DNA of 64,000 nt from Candidatus Latescibacterota bacterium (GTDB taxonomy: Bacteria; Latescibacterota; CBDEFO01). A program made the translations under genes and the position numbers. The number at the start of each line of letters is the position of its first letter. Within the stretch, counting starts at the first letter, position 1. The notes beneath the pieces are model-generated. The model was given only the letters and a program-made list of their open reading frames with translations, was not told the DNA's origin and did no database searches. The stretch lies in contig OZ252149.1 in the NCBI GenBank assembly GCA_965248755.1, forward strand, positions 608,001-672,000, read 5' to 3'. Shown here one piece after another: positions 31,234 through 41,936 of the stretch.

Positions 31234-32805
31234 TCATTTAATCACGACTATCTTGCCGAACGCCTCATCACCTCTGTCGGTGCTTATGCGATAGAAATAG
31301 ACCCCGTTTGCTACGGTATCTCCCACCCCGTTCGTGCCGTCCCACTTCTGATTGTGATTCCTTGCACCCGCTCTCAGTTCCTCCTCCACTAAAACCTTAA
31401 CCAAACGACTAACAAAATCGTATATTTTAATAGTAACAGATGCGGGTTCAGATAGACTGTATTGGATTCTGACTGCCCTATCTTCGGAAGCCGAAAACGG
31501 ATTCGGATAGGCATAAGTTTTGATATTCTCCTTTTCTGCGGCCTCATCTACGGCTACACCCTTGTCAATCGAGAGCGTCCTTACGAAGGTCTTTAAAATC
31601 CTCCAACTCCCACCTGAATCTAATGACCTTCCGAGACCGTTTTCTGATCCTGTCCACAGTACAGAACCTACTCTTTCTACGCCCACGAATCTTCCCTCTA
31701 ACTCCTCCCTGGAGATAGAATCTACCACCTTTATTCTATCCCAACTTTTTCCCTGGTCGTCCGATGTAAAAAGTCCTCTATCCGTAGTAGGCCACACAGT
31801 ACCATCGGAAAAGACGAAATTCCACGCGGCAGTTTCAAAGGCGCTGTCCACCTGCGTCACCCCCCACGTTAACCCACCGTCAGATGAAAAACTTATGCCG
31901 TCTCTTTCCCAGGGATTAAGCGTCCGTTTTGTCCCCGCCCAGATTATCGTCTTCCCGCCAATTTGCTGTCTGGATAGGACCACAACCCAATTGCCGGAGA
32001 TCGTACCATCAAGGTGATTTCCGGCGCTGTCGGCCTCAGAGGAAAAGAACGCCCAGGTCTCTCCGCCATCTGTGCTCTTTGACATACCCGAAGACGTACC
32101 CACCCAGACCGTATCGCTGTAGGCTAAAACGGAAAATGTCCTATGTTTATTACCCTCAAATGACCCGGAATAGTCTATCTTATCTCTGGAATCCGGCAGG
32201 ACGCGCTCCCAGGTCTCCCCCCTGTCCTTAGACCTGACCAGAGAACCCGCAAAGAACGCCGCCCAGACCACTTCGTGGCTTGTTTCCGACTCCCCGTCCG
32301 CCCTACCCACATCCGCGTCAATAGCCACTCCAAATGCCCCATTTTGAACATTCGTTCGAGGGCCGTCCTCAAATCCCCCAAATATCTTGTTGTTGTCAAA
32401 ATGCTCCCACGTCGCGCCGCCGTCGAAAGACGCGCTCAACCCATCTCCCACTTGCAAGGAACCGTTCTCTGTGGTAGTATCAAATACTGTTGCTATCCAG
32501 ATCACATCCCCGGCCGCATCTAAAGCGCTGATCGAACCTTTGCCTATCCCCTGATCCGATCCGTAGCTTATCCAGTCCAGAGATCCTTCGCCTGACCCTA
32601 AAAGCTTGCTCAATCCCGAGTCCGTTCCCACCCACAGATCTTTTCCACTCCATTTGATGTCCCCTATGTCGTTTCCCGCCAATCCCTTCTTAGGCTCCGA
32701 TGGAGTATCCTGATTATACCTTTCTGGAAGAACTGCAAAGGCGCGAGCACAAAAGCATATCGTTACAAGCGAGGCGAGGTGGAATGCAGATTTTAAAGAG
32801 GACAT
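31234..32805 (-). CDS. Secreted BNR/Asp-box beta-propeller protein with FlgD/T9SS-type CTD
   Basis: Repeated SxDGGxTW; YAYPNPFS...WDGTN..VANGVYFYRI; probable ATG 32805. Confidence 0.85.
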   Translation of the reverse strand: MSSLKSAFHLASLVTICFCARAFAVLPERYNQDTPSEPKKGLAGNDIGDIKWSGKDLWVGTDSGLSKLLGSGEGSLDWISYGSDQGIGKGSISALDAAGDVIWIATVFDTTTENGSLQVGDGLSASFDGGATWEHFDNNKIFGGFEDGPRTNVQNGAFGVAIDADVGRADGESETSHEVVWAAFFAGSLVRSKDRGETWERVLPDSRDKIDYSGSFEGNKHRTFSVLAYSDTVWVGTSSGMSKSTDGGETWAFFSSEADSAGNHLDGTISGNWVVVLSRQQIGGKTIIWAGTKRTLNPWERDGISFSSDGGLTWGVTQVDSAFETAAWNFVFSDGTVWPTTDRGLFTSDDQGKSWDRIKVVDSISREELEGRFVGVERVGSVLWTGSENGLGRSLDSGGSWRILKTFVRTLSIDKGVAVDEAAEKENIKTYAYPNPFSASEDRAVRIQYSLSEPASVTIKIYDFVSRLVKVLVEEELRAGARNHNQKWDGTNGVGDTVANGVYFYRISTDRGDEAFGKIVVIK

Positions 32806-33106
32806 ATATTTTTGTTTCTTCTCCGGCGGTTCGGGGCATATCGAAGAACCTTTTGCGGACAAAGTTACAAGTTGAACACCGACCCTTGGGGGACGCAACC
32901 CAAAATATAACCTTCAAGTATCGAGTATGTCAAGTTATTTTTCCTCTGTCCTTGTCTTCCTCTACGAAGTGGGCTTCCTACTTTTTGAACGCTTCTCCGC
33001 AGGGACTTGCCTCAAATATCTTGGTACTTGCTTTTAGCGCAAACAGCTATTATATTCCATTAACGTAGCACCTTTACAGACATTCTTTTCCTGCGGGGAT
33101 TTTCCA

Positions 33107-33814
33107 ATGCACAATGTGGCCCATAAGATATTTGACCCATCTTTATCCCCGGGCGATCATGCATCGGTAAGCCCGACCCTGATGGAACTGATAAGGGACG
33201 TAAGCACCAAAGAGATGATGACCGTAGACGTAGGATGCGGAATGGGCGGACTGACGTTCGAAACGGCAAACTACTTGAGGCATGTCGTCGGGATAGATAT
33301 ATCCGCCGAACCGATAGAGTCCGCAAAGAAAATCACATCCGATCGGGGAATTTGCAACGTAAGTTTCACAGTAGCAGACGCTGAGACGATAGATTACAAA
33401 GACGTAGTGGAGGGCAGGAAAGTCGATATGGTCATCGCCAATTTGTGTATGTCGGACGATATTATCAAAAAAGCGTACGAAGCTCTGGATAGAGGACGTT
33501 ATCTGATCTTTGCAGCTCTGGAACTTGAGCAGTGGAAGGAGACGGGTCGTCCATCGCGGTTTGCGTACAGTAAGGAGGGGATAAAGAGCATATTAGAGAG
33601 CAGGGGCTTCGACACAGAGCATATAAGTATCGAAAGAGAGATCATAGATTTCAAGCGCAGAGAAGATATAGATGTATATTTTGAAGGGAGCACGCTGAAG
33701 AAAAGGTGGCAAAAAGACGGCAGGTGGGATGGTCTTTTGCAATATCTGAATGCGGGAGGACTAAAATTTACGACAAAGAGCCGACTGATTGTGAAAGGCA
33801 GAAAAGTAAGCTGA
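33107..33814 (+). CDS. Class I SAM-dependent methyltransferase
   Basis: VDVGCGMG, GIDIS, ADAE. Confidence 0.85.
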   Translation: MHNVAHKIFDPSLSPGDHASVSPTLMELIRDVSTKEMMTVDVGCGMGGLTFETANYLRHVVGIDISAEPIESAKKITSDRGICNVSFTVADAETIDYKDVVEGRKVDMVIANLCMSDDIIKKAYEALDRGRYLIFAALELEQWKETGRPSRFAYSKEGIKSILESRGFDTEHISIEREIIDFKRREDIDVYFEGSTLKKRWQKDGRWDGLLQYLNAGGLKFTTKSRLIVKGRKVS

Positions 33815-33832
33815 GAAGGAGGCATTAAGAAG

Positions 33833-35290
33833 ATGTCAGAGACAATCAAGATCAAAAAAATCGGCGAGTGCGTCTGGGAGATCCCCAAGACCGGCGGGAT
33901 GAGGGTCCCCGGCAGGATCTACGCCAGCGATGAACTGATGGAGGGCATAAGACTCGACAAGAGCCTGGAGCAAGTTGCAAACGTGGCGCATCTTCCGGGG
34001 ATAGTGAAGTATTCTATAGCTATGCCGGATATTCACTGGGGATATGGCTTCCCGATCGGGGGAGTAGCGGCAACCGATCCACAGGAGGAAGGCGTTATAT
34101 CGCCCGGAGGTATAGGCTTTGACATTAACTGCGGAGTGCGTTTGGCGGCGACCCACCTCCAATACAAGGACGTTCAGAACAAAATTAAAAAATTGGTGGA
34201 TGTCCTGTTCGACACCGTACCCTGCGGAGTGGGCTCTGAAGGAGCTATACCCAAGCTTTCGAAGAACGAGGAGAAAAAGGCGTTAATCGGTGGAGCCGGA
34301 TGGGTTGTAAAGGAGAGAGATCTGGGATTTGAAAGCGACCTTGTGAACACGGAGGCAAACGGCCGGCTAGACGGGGCAGACCCCGACAGGGTGACAGAGA
34401 CCGCCCTTTCTAGGGGCGCAAAACAGATGGGAACTTTGGGCTCTGGAAATCACTTCTTGGAGATTGGGGTTGTGGACCACGTCTTCGACGATAAGGCAGC
34501 GGACACTTTGGGTCTGAAAGAAGGATGCTTGACCGTCTTCATCCATTCAGGCTCAAGGGGCTTCGGATATCAGACGTGCGACGACTATTTAAGGACGATG
34601 GAACGAGCAGCGCGTAAATACAACATTCAACTCCCCGACAGACAGCTTGCTTGCGCTCCCATAAATTCTGAGGAGGGACAGGCATATTTAGGCGCTATGA
34701 GATGCGCCGCCAACTATGCCTGGGCGAACAGACAGACCATGATGCACCTTGCCCGCGGGGTGCTAAAAGACGTCTTCGAGTTAAGCTGGGGCGACTTGGG
34801 CTTCAAGCTGGTTTACGACGTGGCCCACAACATAGCCAAGTTCGAAGAACACGACATAGGAGGAGGTGTAAGAAAGACCGTCTGCGTCCACAGAAAAGGA
34901 GCCACAAGGGCGTTCCCGCCGGGTCACGATGAGACTCCCAAATCCTATATGCACATCGGTCAGCCGGTGTTGATCCCCGGGGATATGGGGACTTACTCCT
35001 ACGTGTGCATAGGGGCGCATACTTCCATGGATGAGACCTTCGGGAGTTCGGCTCACGGCGCAGGACGAGTCCTAAGCAGGACCAAAGCCAAGAAGATAAG
35101 CAAGGGAAGGTCTATCAAAAGAGAGCTTGAGGACAAGGGGATAACCGTAAGGTCCAAGGGCAGATCAACATTAGATGAGGAGATGCCTGAGGCGTATAAG
35201 GACGTTGAGGCTGTGGCTGACGTTATGCATAAAGCGGGCGTCTCGCTGAAGGTGGCAAGGCTCAGGCCGGTGGGCGTGGTGAAGGGATAG
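33833..35290 (+). CDS. rtcB: RtcB RNA ligase (archaeal/eukaryotic-like long form)
   Basis: MPDIHWGYGFPIGG, DINCG, GNHF, HSGSRG, HNIAK, HRKGAT, HGAGR, EEMPEAYK. Confidence 0.97.
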   Translation: MSETIKIKKIGECVWEIPKTGGMRVPGRIYASDELMEGIRLDKSLEQVANVAHLPGIVKYSIAMPDIHWGYGFPIGGVAATDPQEEGVISPGGIGFDINCGVRLAATHLQYKDVQNKIKKLVDVLFDTVPCGVGSEGAIPKLSKNEEKKALIGGAGWVVKERDLGFESDLVNTEANGRLDGADPDRVTETALSRGAKQMGTLGSGNHFLEIGVVDHVFDDKAADTLGLKEGCLTVFIHSGSRGFGYQTCDDYLRTMERAARKYNIQLPDRQLACAPINSEEGQAYLGAMRCAANYAWANRQTMMHLARGVLKDVFELSWGDLGFKLVYDVAHNIAKFEEHDIGGGVRKTVCVHRKGATRAFPPGHDETPKSYMHIGQPVLIPGDMGTYSYVCIGAHTSMDETFGSSAHGAGRVLSRTKAKKISKGRSIKRELEDKGITVRSKGRSTLDEEMPEAYKDVEAVADVMHKAGVSLKVARLRPVGVVKG

Positions 35291-35537
35291 GTTAAGGCAG
35301 TAGACGGTAAACAGCAGACAGTAGACAGGACGCTGTCTACCAGCCTTTGAGATTGCTTCGTCAGACAGAAATGTCTGACCCACCTTTCTATATATGTTGG
35401 TAGAACGGACATTCTTGTCTGTTCTGAATGTCCGAAGTCCTCGCAGTGTCATTGCGAGCGCCCCCGATTGAATCTATCGGGGGAAAAGCAATCTCACTTG
35501 TGCATTTGTTTAACTTGTTCATAAAAGGTGTCCTTAA

Positions 35538-36149
35538 CAGTGATATTGCTAAAGGAACCTATATCTGCGCGAAGTGTATATATAGCAGGCATAATCCTAT
35601 CTTTATTACTTGTTAGGATGCTCTAAGGAAAGCCAAGCAGTTGTCTTCACGGGAGTTGATACCCTGCAAGTAACTCAGGGCTTTGATTTCACTAAGCCGT
35701 CTGTTCTAAGGGCGGATGGAGCTCGAGACTTCTCACTTGAGCAAATTGAGGACGTTGCGGGATACGTATTGATGAGGATCTGTACACACGCAAGGGGATC
35801 CGGGACATGGGTCTTGTATCGTTCGACAGCTTGGTTACAATTCCGGAGGACCTCAAACCGGATTCCAGCACTGCTATATACGATCGTCGGACGGAAGAGT
35901 TTCTTAGCTGGGACGTTCTTCCTTATCGTGGGAATTCTGTATATGATATGGACTCGGGAGGGCCATTTTGCTAAGATATTGGTTGAGGATATAATCCCTA
36001 TAAGAGAAGGAGTGTGGGAGGATTTTATCAGCCGTATTATCTTCCGATGGGCTTACCAAGCTGATGGATCACGATCTTTCAGCACGGGTAGTGCCGTCAG
36101 TAAAAGCTCGTGGGGTCTTTTGAAATTCTTAATCAAGGCAGGGATATGA
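35538..36149 (+). pseudogene. Probable frameshifted lipoprotein
   Basis: Signal h-region (IAGIILSLL) and lipobox LLGC lie in different frames; IRDMGLVSFDSLVTIPED lies in another frame from YMIWTREGHFAKI; ends SSWGLLK. Confidence 0.5.
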
Positions 36150-37256
36150 AATCGTATTTTATATACACAGACAAGTACTCAAGCTACGACTACGGCCCTA
36201 CTCACCCGATGAAGCCCATAAGGCTGAAGCTGACGCACGATCTGATTCGAGCTTATGGTCTTTTTGATATTCCTACGGGAAAACTGGTAGAGGCAGAAAA
36301 GGCTGATGAGGACGATATCCTGTCTTTCCACACGAAAGAATATATAGATATTTTGAAGAGATCAAATCAGGGAAGCTACTTTAGCGACGCAACAAGATAC
36401 GGTTTAGGACCGGGAGATAACCCGATATTTGAGGGTATGTACGACTTTTCGCTACTATCGGCGGGAGCGTCACTCCAGGCGGCAAAGGCCGTGGCATCGG
36501 GAGAGGCCGATGCAGCCTTCAACATCGCAGGCGGACTGCACCACGCATCTGCTAACAGAAGCTCTGGGTTTTGCTATATAGACGATCCGGTTGTGGCTAT
36601 ACATTATCTGTTGAAAAAGGGTCTGAAAGTCGCATACATAGACATCGACGCCCATCACGGCGACGGCGTCCAATATGCGTTCTACAATACCGATCGAGTA
36701 CTTACGATCTCCATACATGAAAGCGGGAGAAATTTCTTTCCGGGCACAGGTTTTGAAGATGAAATTGGCGTTGGAGATGGCCTTGGCTATTGTGTAAACG
36801 TACCCCTTACTCCCGAGAGCGACGATGAGGTCTTTCTGTGGGCGTTCGAGGAGGTGGTTCCCACTTTGATCGAAGCTTATGAACCAGATGTAGTCGTCTC
36901 CCAATTGGGCGTGGATACTATGAGGACCGACCCCTTAGCGCATCTGAATCTTACCACAAATGGCTTTGCAGAGATGGTGGAGAGAATCAAGCGACTATCG
37001 CCTAAATGGATCGCCCTGGGAGGAGGAGGCTACAACGTCGCCAACGTGCCGAGATGCTGGACGTTGGCGTGGTCCATTATGAACGAGGTCATCCCGGAGG
37101 ACGATCTTCCGGGTCGGTACAGAAAGATAGCGGGGAAGTACGGATATGAGGACAAGAAGCTGAGAGACGAGCCTTTTAATATAGATAATGGGAGGGCTAT
37201 GGCTGAAGCCGAAAAAGTCGTGAGATTCTTGAAATATAATGTCTTCTCCATAATAG

Positions 37257-37264
<8 letters not shown>
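36146..37264 (+). CDS. acuC: AcuC-like Zn-dependent lysine deacetylase
   Basis: HPMKP, GGLHHA, GFCY, DIDAHHGDGVQ, FPGTG, DPL, GGGGY. Confidence 0.9.
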
Positions 37265-38201
<937 letters not shown>

Positions 38202-38443
38202 GATGAATTGAAGCGTGTCAAAGAAGGGGACACGTCCGCGTCGCTGGGACTGGGTGGCAACAAACCACGAAGTGGTCTGACACACAACACACAGGTTGAC
38301 CCTTACATAGTAGTCAGGGAACAGATAAAACAGTCGGAAACCGTAGGGCCAGACCCAAGTGTCTGCGCTGAGAATACGGATAAATCGGATGAAAACACAA
38401 GCTCGTCCACACCTGTTTTCGCATAGAAAGGGGGAATGCAACC

Positions 38444-38773
38444 ATGGAGATCCAGAGCGTCCAAGCGCTAAGGAAGTTCTCCGATGAGAAGTTCCAGAAG
38501 ATAAACCTCTTTGAGAGTGAGAGGATGTTCTGCGACATTTACTGCTTCGAACCCGGCCAGGAGCAGCCGCTCCACGGCCACGAAGGATGCGATAAGATAT
38601 ATTACGTTATCGAAGGCAGTGGCACGTTTACCGTAGGAGATGAGAAGAAGAAGCTGGGTCCCCAAATGGCGGTGCTATGCCCTCCGGGCGTAGATCACGG
38701 TGTGCTGAACACAGGGGAAGGGAGGATGGTTCTCCTCGTCTTTATGGCACCTCATCCCTCGACGATAGGCTGA
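38444..38773 (+). CDS. Cupin domain protein
   Basis: HGH..DKIYYVIEGSG, PPGVDHGVLN. Confidence 0.9.
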   Translation: MEIQSVQALRKFSDEKFQKINLFESERMFCDIYCFEPGQEQPLHGHEGCDKIYYVIEGSGTFTVGDEKKKLGPQMAVLCPPGVDHGVLNTGEGRMVLLVFMAPHPSTIG

Positions 38774-38786
38774 CTTGAACCTACTC

Positions 38787-39644
38787 TTACTTTAAAGAAC
38801 CGCTCATAGAAAAGTGATGAGAAAGACCTAGAACGGGGTGAGTGTGAAACGAATAATCTATCTTTATCCTCTTGACGTTGAATCCGGCTCCCAAAGAAAA
38901 ACGAGATGGCTCCCCTCCTGTCACACCTGTCCTGATGAAAAAGACATCTGATACCTTATGCTCGCTCCCTGCCCTTATCTGAAAGGGGAAATCCGCATCC
39001 TTCCTGCCATCTACCGATAGCACAAGTCCTGGCATCGGCTCTAAACTCAACCCGGTGGAGAAGGACCTTGGAACGCTTTGTCCATTTTGAACTATCTTTG
39101 CCGTATTCACATTCCATAAAGAGGCCCCCCATCTTACGTTCTCAGAGATATAAAGAACTGTCCCGAGGTCGAACGCAGCGGTCCACGTTGAACCAAAACC
39201 TTCGAGGGATAGATTAAGTCCCCTCAAGTTGAAGCCGAAAGACAGAAACTGAAAAGGGGCGTTGCTGTAGGAAAACATCAAAGAAGTTTCTCTGTAGAGG
39301 GTCAGCCCATAGACCATCGCTCCCAAACCTATGTTTCCCACAGAAGTCGGAAGCAAGAGCGCCAATGTCGAAGTTGATAAGTCCCCTAATCCGAAGGGAC
39401 GACTGTAGGAACTGAACCAGGAAGCTTGGGACTTCCAGAGACCTGCTGGGTTCCAGAAGAGGGTCTCAGCACCTCCTGAAAGGGATACGTACGCGCCGCC
39501 CATAGCAAGTGGACGGGAACCTACACCTCTCCACTCGAATGCCGCCTCTCCTACAAGTGGTTGGAGGGTACAGAATCCCGCAAGGGATAGGACAAGGAGT
39601 ATTTTTTCCCTGACAGAGCTAACAAGAAATCTCTTGCCAAGCAT
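38787..39644 (-). CDS. PorV/PorQ-like outer membrane protein
   Basis: GSRPLAMGG, FWNPAGL, IDYSF..HPVLGLSH. Confidence 0.78.
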   Translation of the reverse strand: MLGKRFLVSSVREKILLVLSLAGFCTLQPLVGEAAFEWRGVGSRPLAMGGAYVSLSGGAETLFWNPAGLWKSQASWFSSYSRPFGLGDLSTSTLALLLPTSVGNIGLGAMVYGLTLYRETSLMFSYSNAPFQFLSFGFNLRGLNLSLEGFGSTWTAAFDLGTVLYISENVRWGASLWNVNTAKIVQNGQSVPRSFSTGLSLEPMPGLVLSVDGRKDADFPFQIRAGSEHKVSDVFFIRTGVTGGEPSRFSLGAGFNVKRIKIDYSFHTHPVLGLSHHFSMSGSLK

Positions 39645-39703
39645 TTGGCTTTGTGTTATCCTTCAAAGTCCCAAGTCCCATCAAAATAATGGAGTTTCGA
39701 TCT

Positions 39704-39952
39704 ATGAACCACGCCTCCGATAAGAGCAGAAGAAGCAGAATCCTTGCTGAAGATATATTTGTCATTCTCTGTATAGCGGCACTATGGCCCAGAATACTCG
39801 GCTGGGAAGGTGTACATTTTGCCATAATAATGTATGTAGCTGTGATAGGACTCATAGTTATCCTCTATAGGAGAATAAGACGTATCGGGCAAGTTACAGA
39901 CGAAAGGAGAAAAGATGACGATACCACTCCAAATAAGATGCATTTGGAGTGA
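39704..39952 (+). CDS. Small two-TM membrane protein
   Basis: GGAG RBS; two hydrophobic stretches followed by basic residues. Confidence 0.55.
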   Translation: MNHASDKSRRSRILAEDIFVILCIAALWPRILGWEGVHFAIIMYVAVIGLIVILYRRIRRIGQVTDERRKDDDTTPNKMHLE

Positions 39953-40027
39953 AGGTATACCCTCATTCTAATTGTATTCGGGATCTACCCTGTCTCCCGG
40001 AAGAGCACACAGGTTCGTCCACAATGT

Positions 40028-40651
40028 CTACTTATTTTCAGGGATGGGAGGAGGCTCCTGTCTACTCTTTGCTTGTTTTCCTGCCTGCCTGTGCTGTTTC
40101 ACCTGAGGAGAGATGCGAGGCGATGGGAGTTCAACTTTGAAGTTCCACCCGATCCAATACGGTTGACCAAGGTATATAGAATAGTAATAGCTATGCTTCA
40201 AGCTTCCCTCCATTGTGAGGGAGAACTTATTCTGAGGAAAGAACCTGGCTGCAAAAGACGGCAGAAGTTTCTGGTGCAGATCACTTATGGGGGCAATTGC
40301 CGCCCCTATCTGCTCTTCAGCATCTTCCTGCACCCCAGCGGGCGGAACCTCCAAAAGATTAAGCCTGTTCAAAATGGGTTGGAAACTACTTCCGACTAAA
40401 GGAGCATCCTTTCCGACCAGAAACAAGATAAAAACGGGCCTCTCCTGCCTTATCGTGAGCGGATATTGTTCCCTGATCCAGCGCGATATTCCGAAAGAAG
40501 ATTTCTTGAACCTTGAAAAATCGACAGTCCTCAACTTGAAAATAGTACCGTCCTGTGTATAGTAATAGAGTCCCCACTCCTCGGGAGTAGGATACCTGCT
40601 GCACGATGCAACGAGGATCAAGGCTCCAAACAGGGCCACAAGTGTCTTCAA
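40028..40651 (-). CDS. Hypothetical lipoprotein
   Basis: TTG 40651, lipobox VASC; own promoter-like TTGACA-17-TATGTT at 40734-40706. Confidence 0.55.
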   Translation of the reverse strand: MKTLVALFGALILVASCSRYPTPEEWGLYYYTQDGTIFKLRTVDFSRFKKSSFGISRWIREQYPLTIRQERPVFILFLVGKDAPLVGSSFQPILNRLNLLEVPPAGVQEDAEEQIGAAIAPISDLHQKLLPSFAARFFPQNKFSLTMEGSLKHSYYYSIYLGQPYWIGWNFKVELPSPRISPQVKQHRQAGKQAKSRQEPPPIPENK

Positions 40652-40781
40652 GACGATTCCCCCACAGTGGAAATGCCGCACGATATGCTCTAAATCGTCC
40701 GATCCAACATAACAGCAAACACCGCCGGTGTCAAGAAAAATGAAAACAAGGCCTGAAAAGAGCACCCTATCTGGAAAGCAC

Positions 40782-41095
40782 AAAAAAGATCCGCTCCCCT
40801 CAGTCACCGTAGTGACCTTTTTCCAGCACGGTTCCTACTAAGAGCGGATCGCGCGTGGCCTTCACTCCTTAACGAGAAAGGAAGTTTAGGCTTAGGATCA
40901 CCTGTGGATCCTGTTTGCTGGGATGTGGGGAAGTGTTTTCCCTAAAATGAGGAATGAATTCCCGATTTTCAAGCGCTCAGCGGCTTCTTTAACGTCGTGC
41001 CCGCGGAAGAACGCATAATTAGGAAAATAGGTATTTATAGTATTTAGCGAGGTCCTCGTCAATTTCTTTTATCCATATCTTGCTGGTGCATCTAC
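40782..41095 (-). ncRNA. Candidate sigma54-dependent structured RNA
   Basis: Bounded by a sigma54 promoter and a 9-bp stem + T6; internal cUACGg tetraloop hairpin and other stems; no family recognised. Confidence 0.4.
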
Positions 41096-41105
41096 ACAGC
41101 TAACG

Positions 41106-41122
41106 AGCAAATACTGTGCCAA
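41106..41122 (-). promoter_or_regulatory. Sigma54 (-24/-12) promoter
   Basis: TTGGCACAGTATTTGCT matches TGGCAC-N5-TTGC exactly. Confidence 0.75.
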
Positions 41123-41242
41123 AAAGATCCGACAACGGCAGATGACTGTGAACGCCGTATCCTGAATCAAGGGTAGAACATTTGCTTAAAAGACCTACAC
41201 GACATCTCACAACGGAGTTTTGTTGACATCCCAGAATAGACC

Positions 41243-41271
41243 TTGACAAGATAGACGAACTTTTATATAAT
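41243..41271 (+). promoter_or_regulatory. Consensus sigma70 promoter upstream of the moaD-sigma-mrp-OFOR run
   Basis: TTGACA-17 nt-TATAAT. Confidence 0.8.
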
Positions 41272-41603
41272 TAATTAGAAAGCTTCATGAAGTTTGGTGG
41301 GCTTGGACGGGACAAGGGTGCAGTCAGAATCTTGCGGTGTCTCTGTTTTTGACAATAGATAGGATAATCTCTTGTCCTTGTAGTCTCACGTTTACGTAAA
41401 CGTTTATGTCCACGGAACAAATCTGTTACTAAGTCGTCTTATAATACTGGTAGTAATGTGAAATCTTGGTAACTATTGAAACACGTGAAATCTCAACGTT
41501 GCTATTGAATTTGTACCATTAATTTGTAGTGTTAATTTGCTGGGGTTACTTAACTTTCCGGTCTGAACGGGAGTTATCCTGTCCAACAGTGGAGATTCAG
41601 AAG

Positions 41604-41936
41604 ATGATAGTTGAAGTCAAACTTTTTGCATATTTGGACAAATATCTGCCCCCTGAAGCAGATGGGAGGAAGGCTACAGTCGAGCTTTCGGACTCTGCTG
41701 TTCTGAAAGACCTAATCAGCAAGTTGAAAATTCCCGAAAACCTCGCCCATCTTACCCTCGTCAACGGCAAGAGTTCGGACCATGACACGGCTTTACAGGA
41801 CGGATGTCTCGTCAGCATGTTCCCTCCGGTAGCCGGAGGAGCAAGACGCAAGGGGATATCGAAGGACTTTCTGGGGACAAACCGGACAACGTCTCGCAAA
41901 AGTTATGACCACAATTGGGAGATGAGAATAGTATGA
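41604..41936 (+). CDS. MoaD/ThiS-family sulfur carrier with 31-aa C-terminal extension
   Basis: MIVEVKLFAYL...LVNG...LQDG..VSMFPPVAGG then ARRK...MRIV*; GGAG RBS. Confidence 0.88.
   Translation: MIVEVKLFAYLDKYLPPEADGRKATVELSDSAVLKDLISKLKIPENLAHLTLVNGKSSDHDTALQDGCLVSMFPPVAGGARRKGISKDFLGTNRTTSRKSYDHNWEMRIV

Noticed and set aside
40855..40925. c-di-GMP-I riboswitch (GCAAAC...GCCTAAAC on minus)
   Set aside because: No GNRA-capped P1 or GACGCAAAGC junction.
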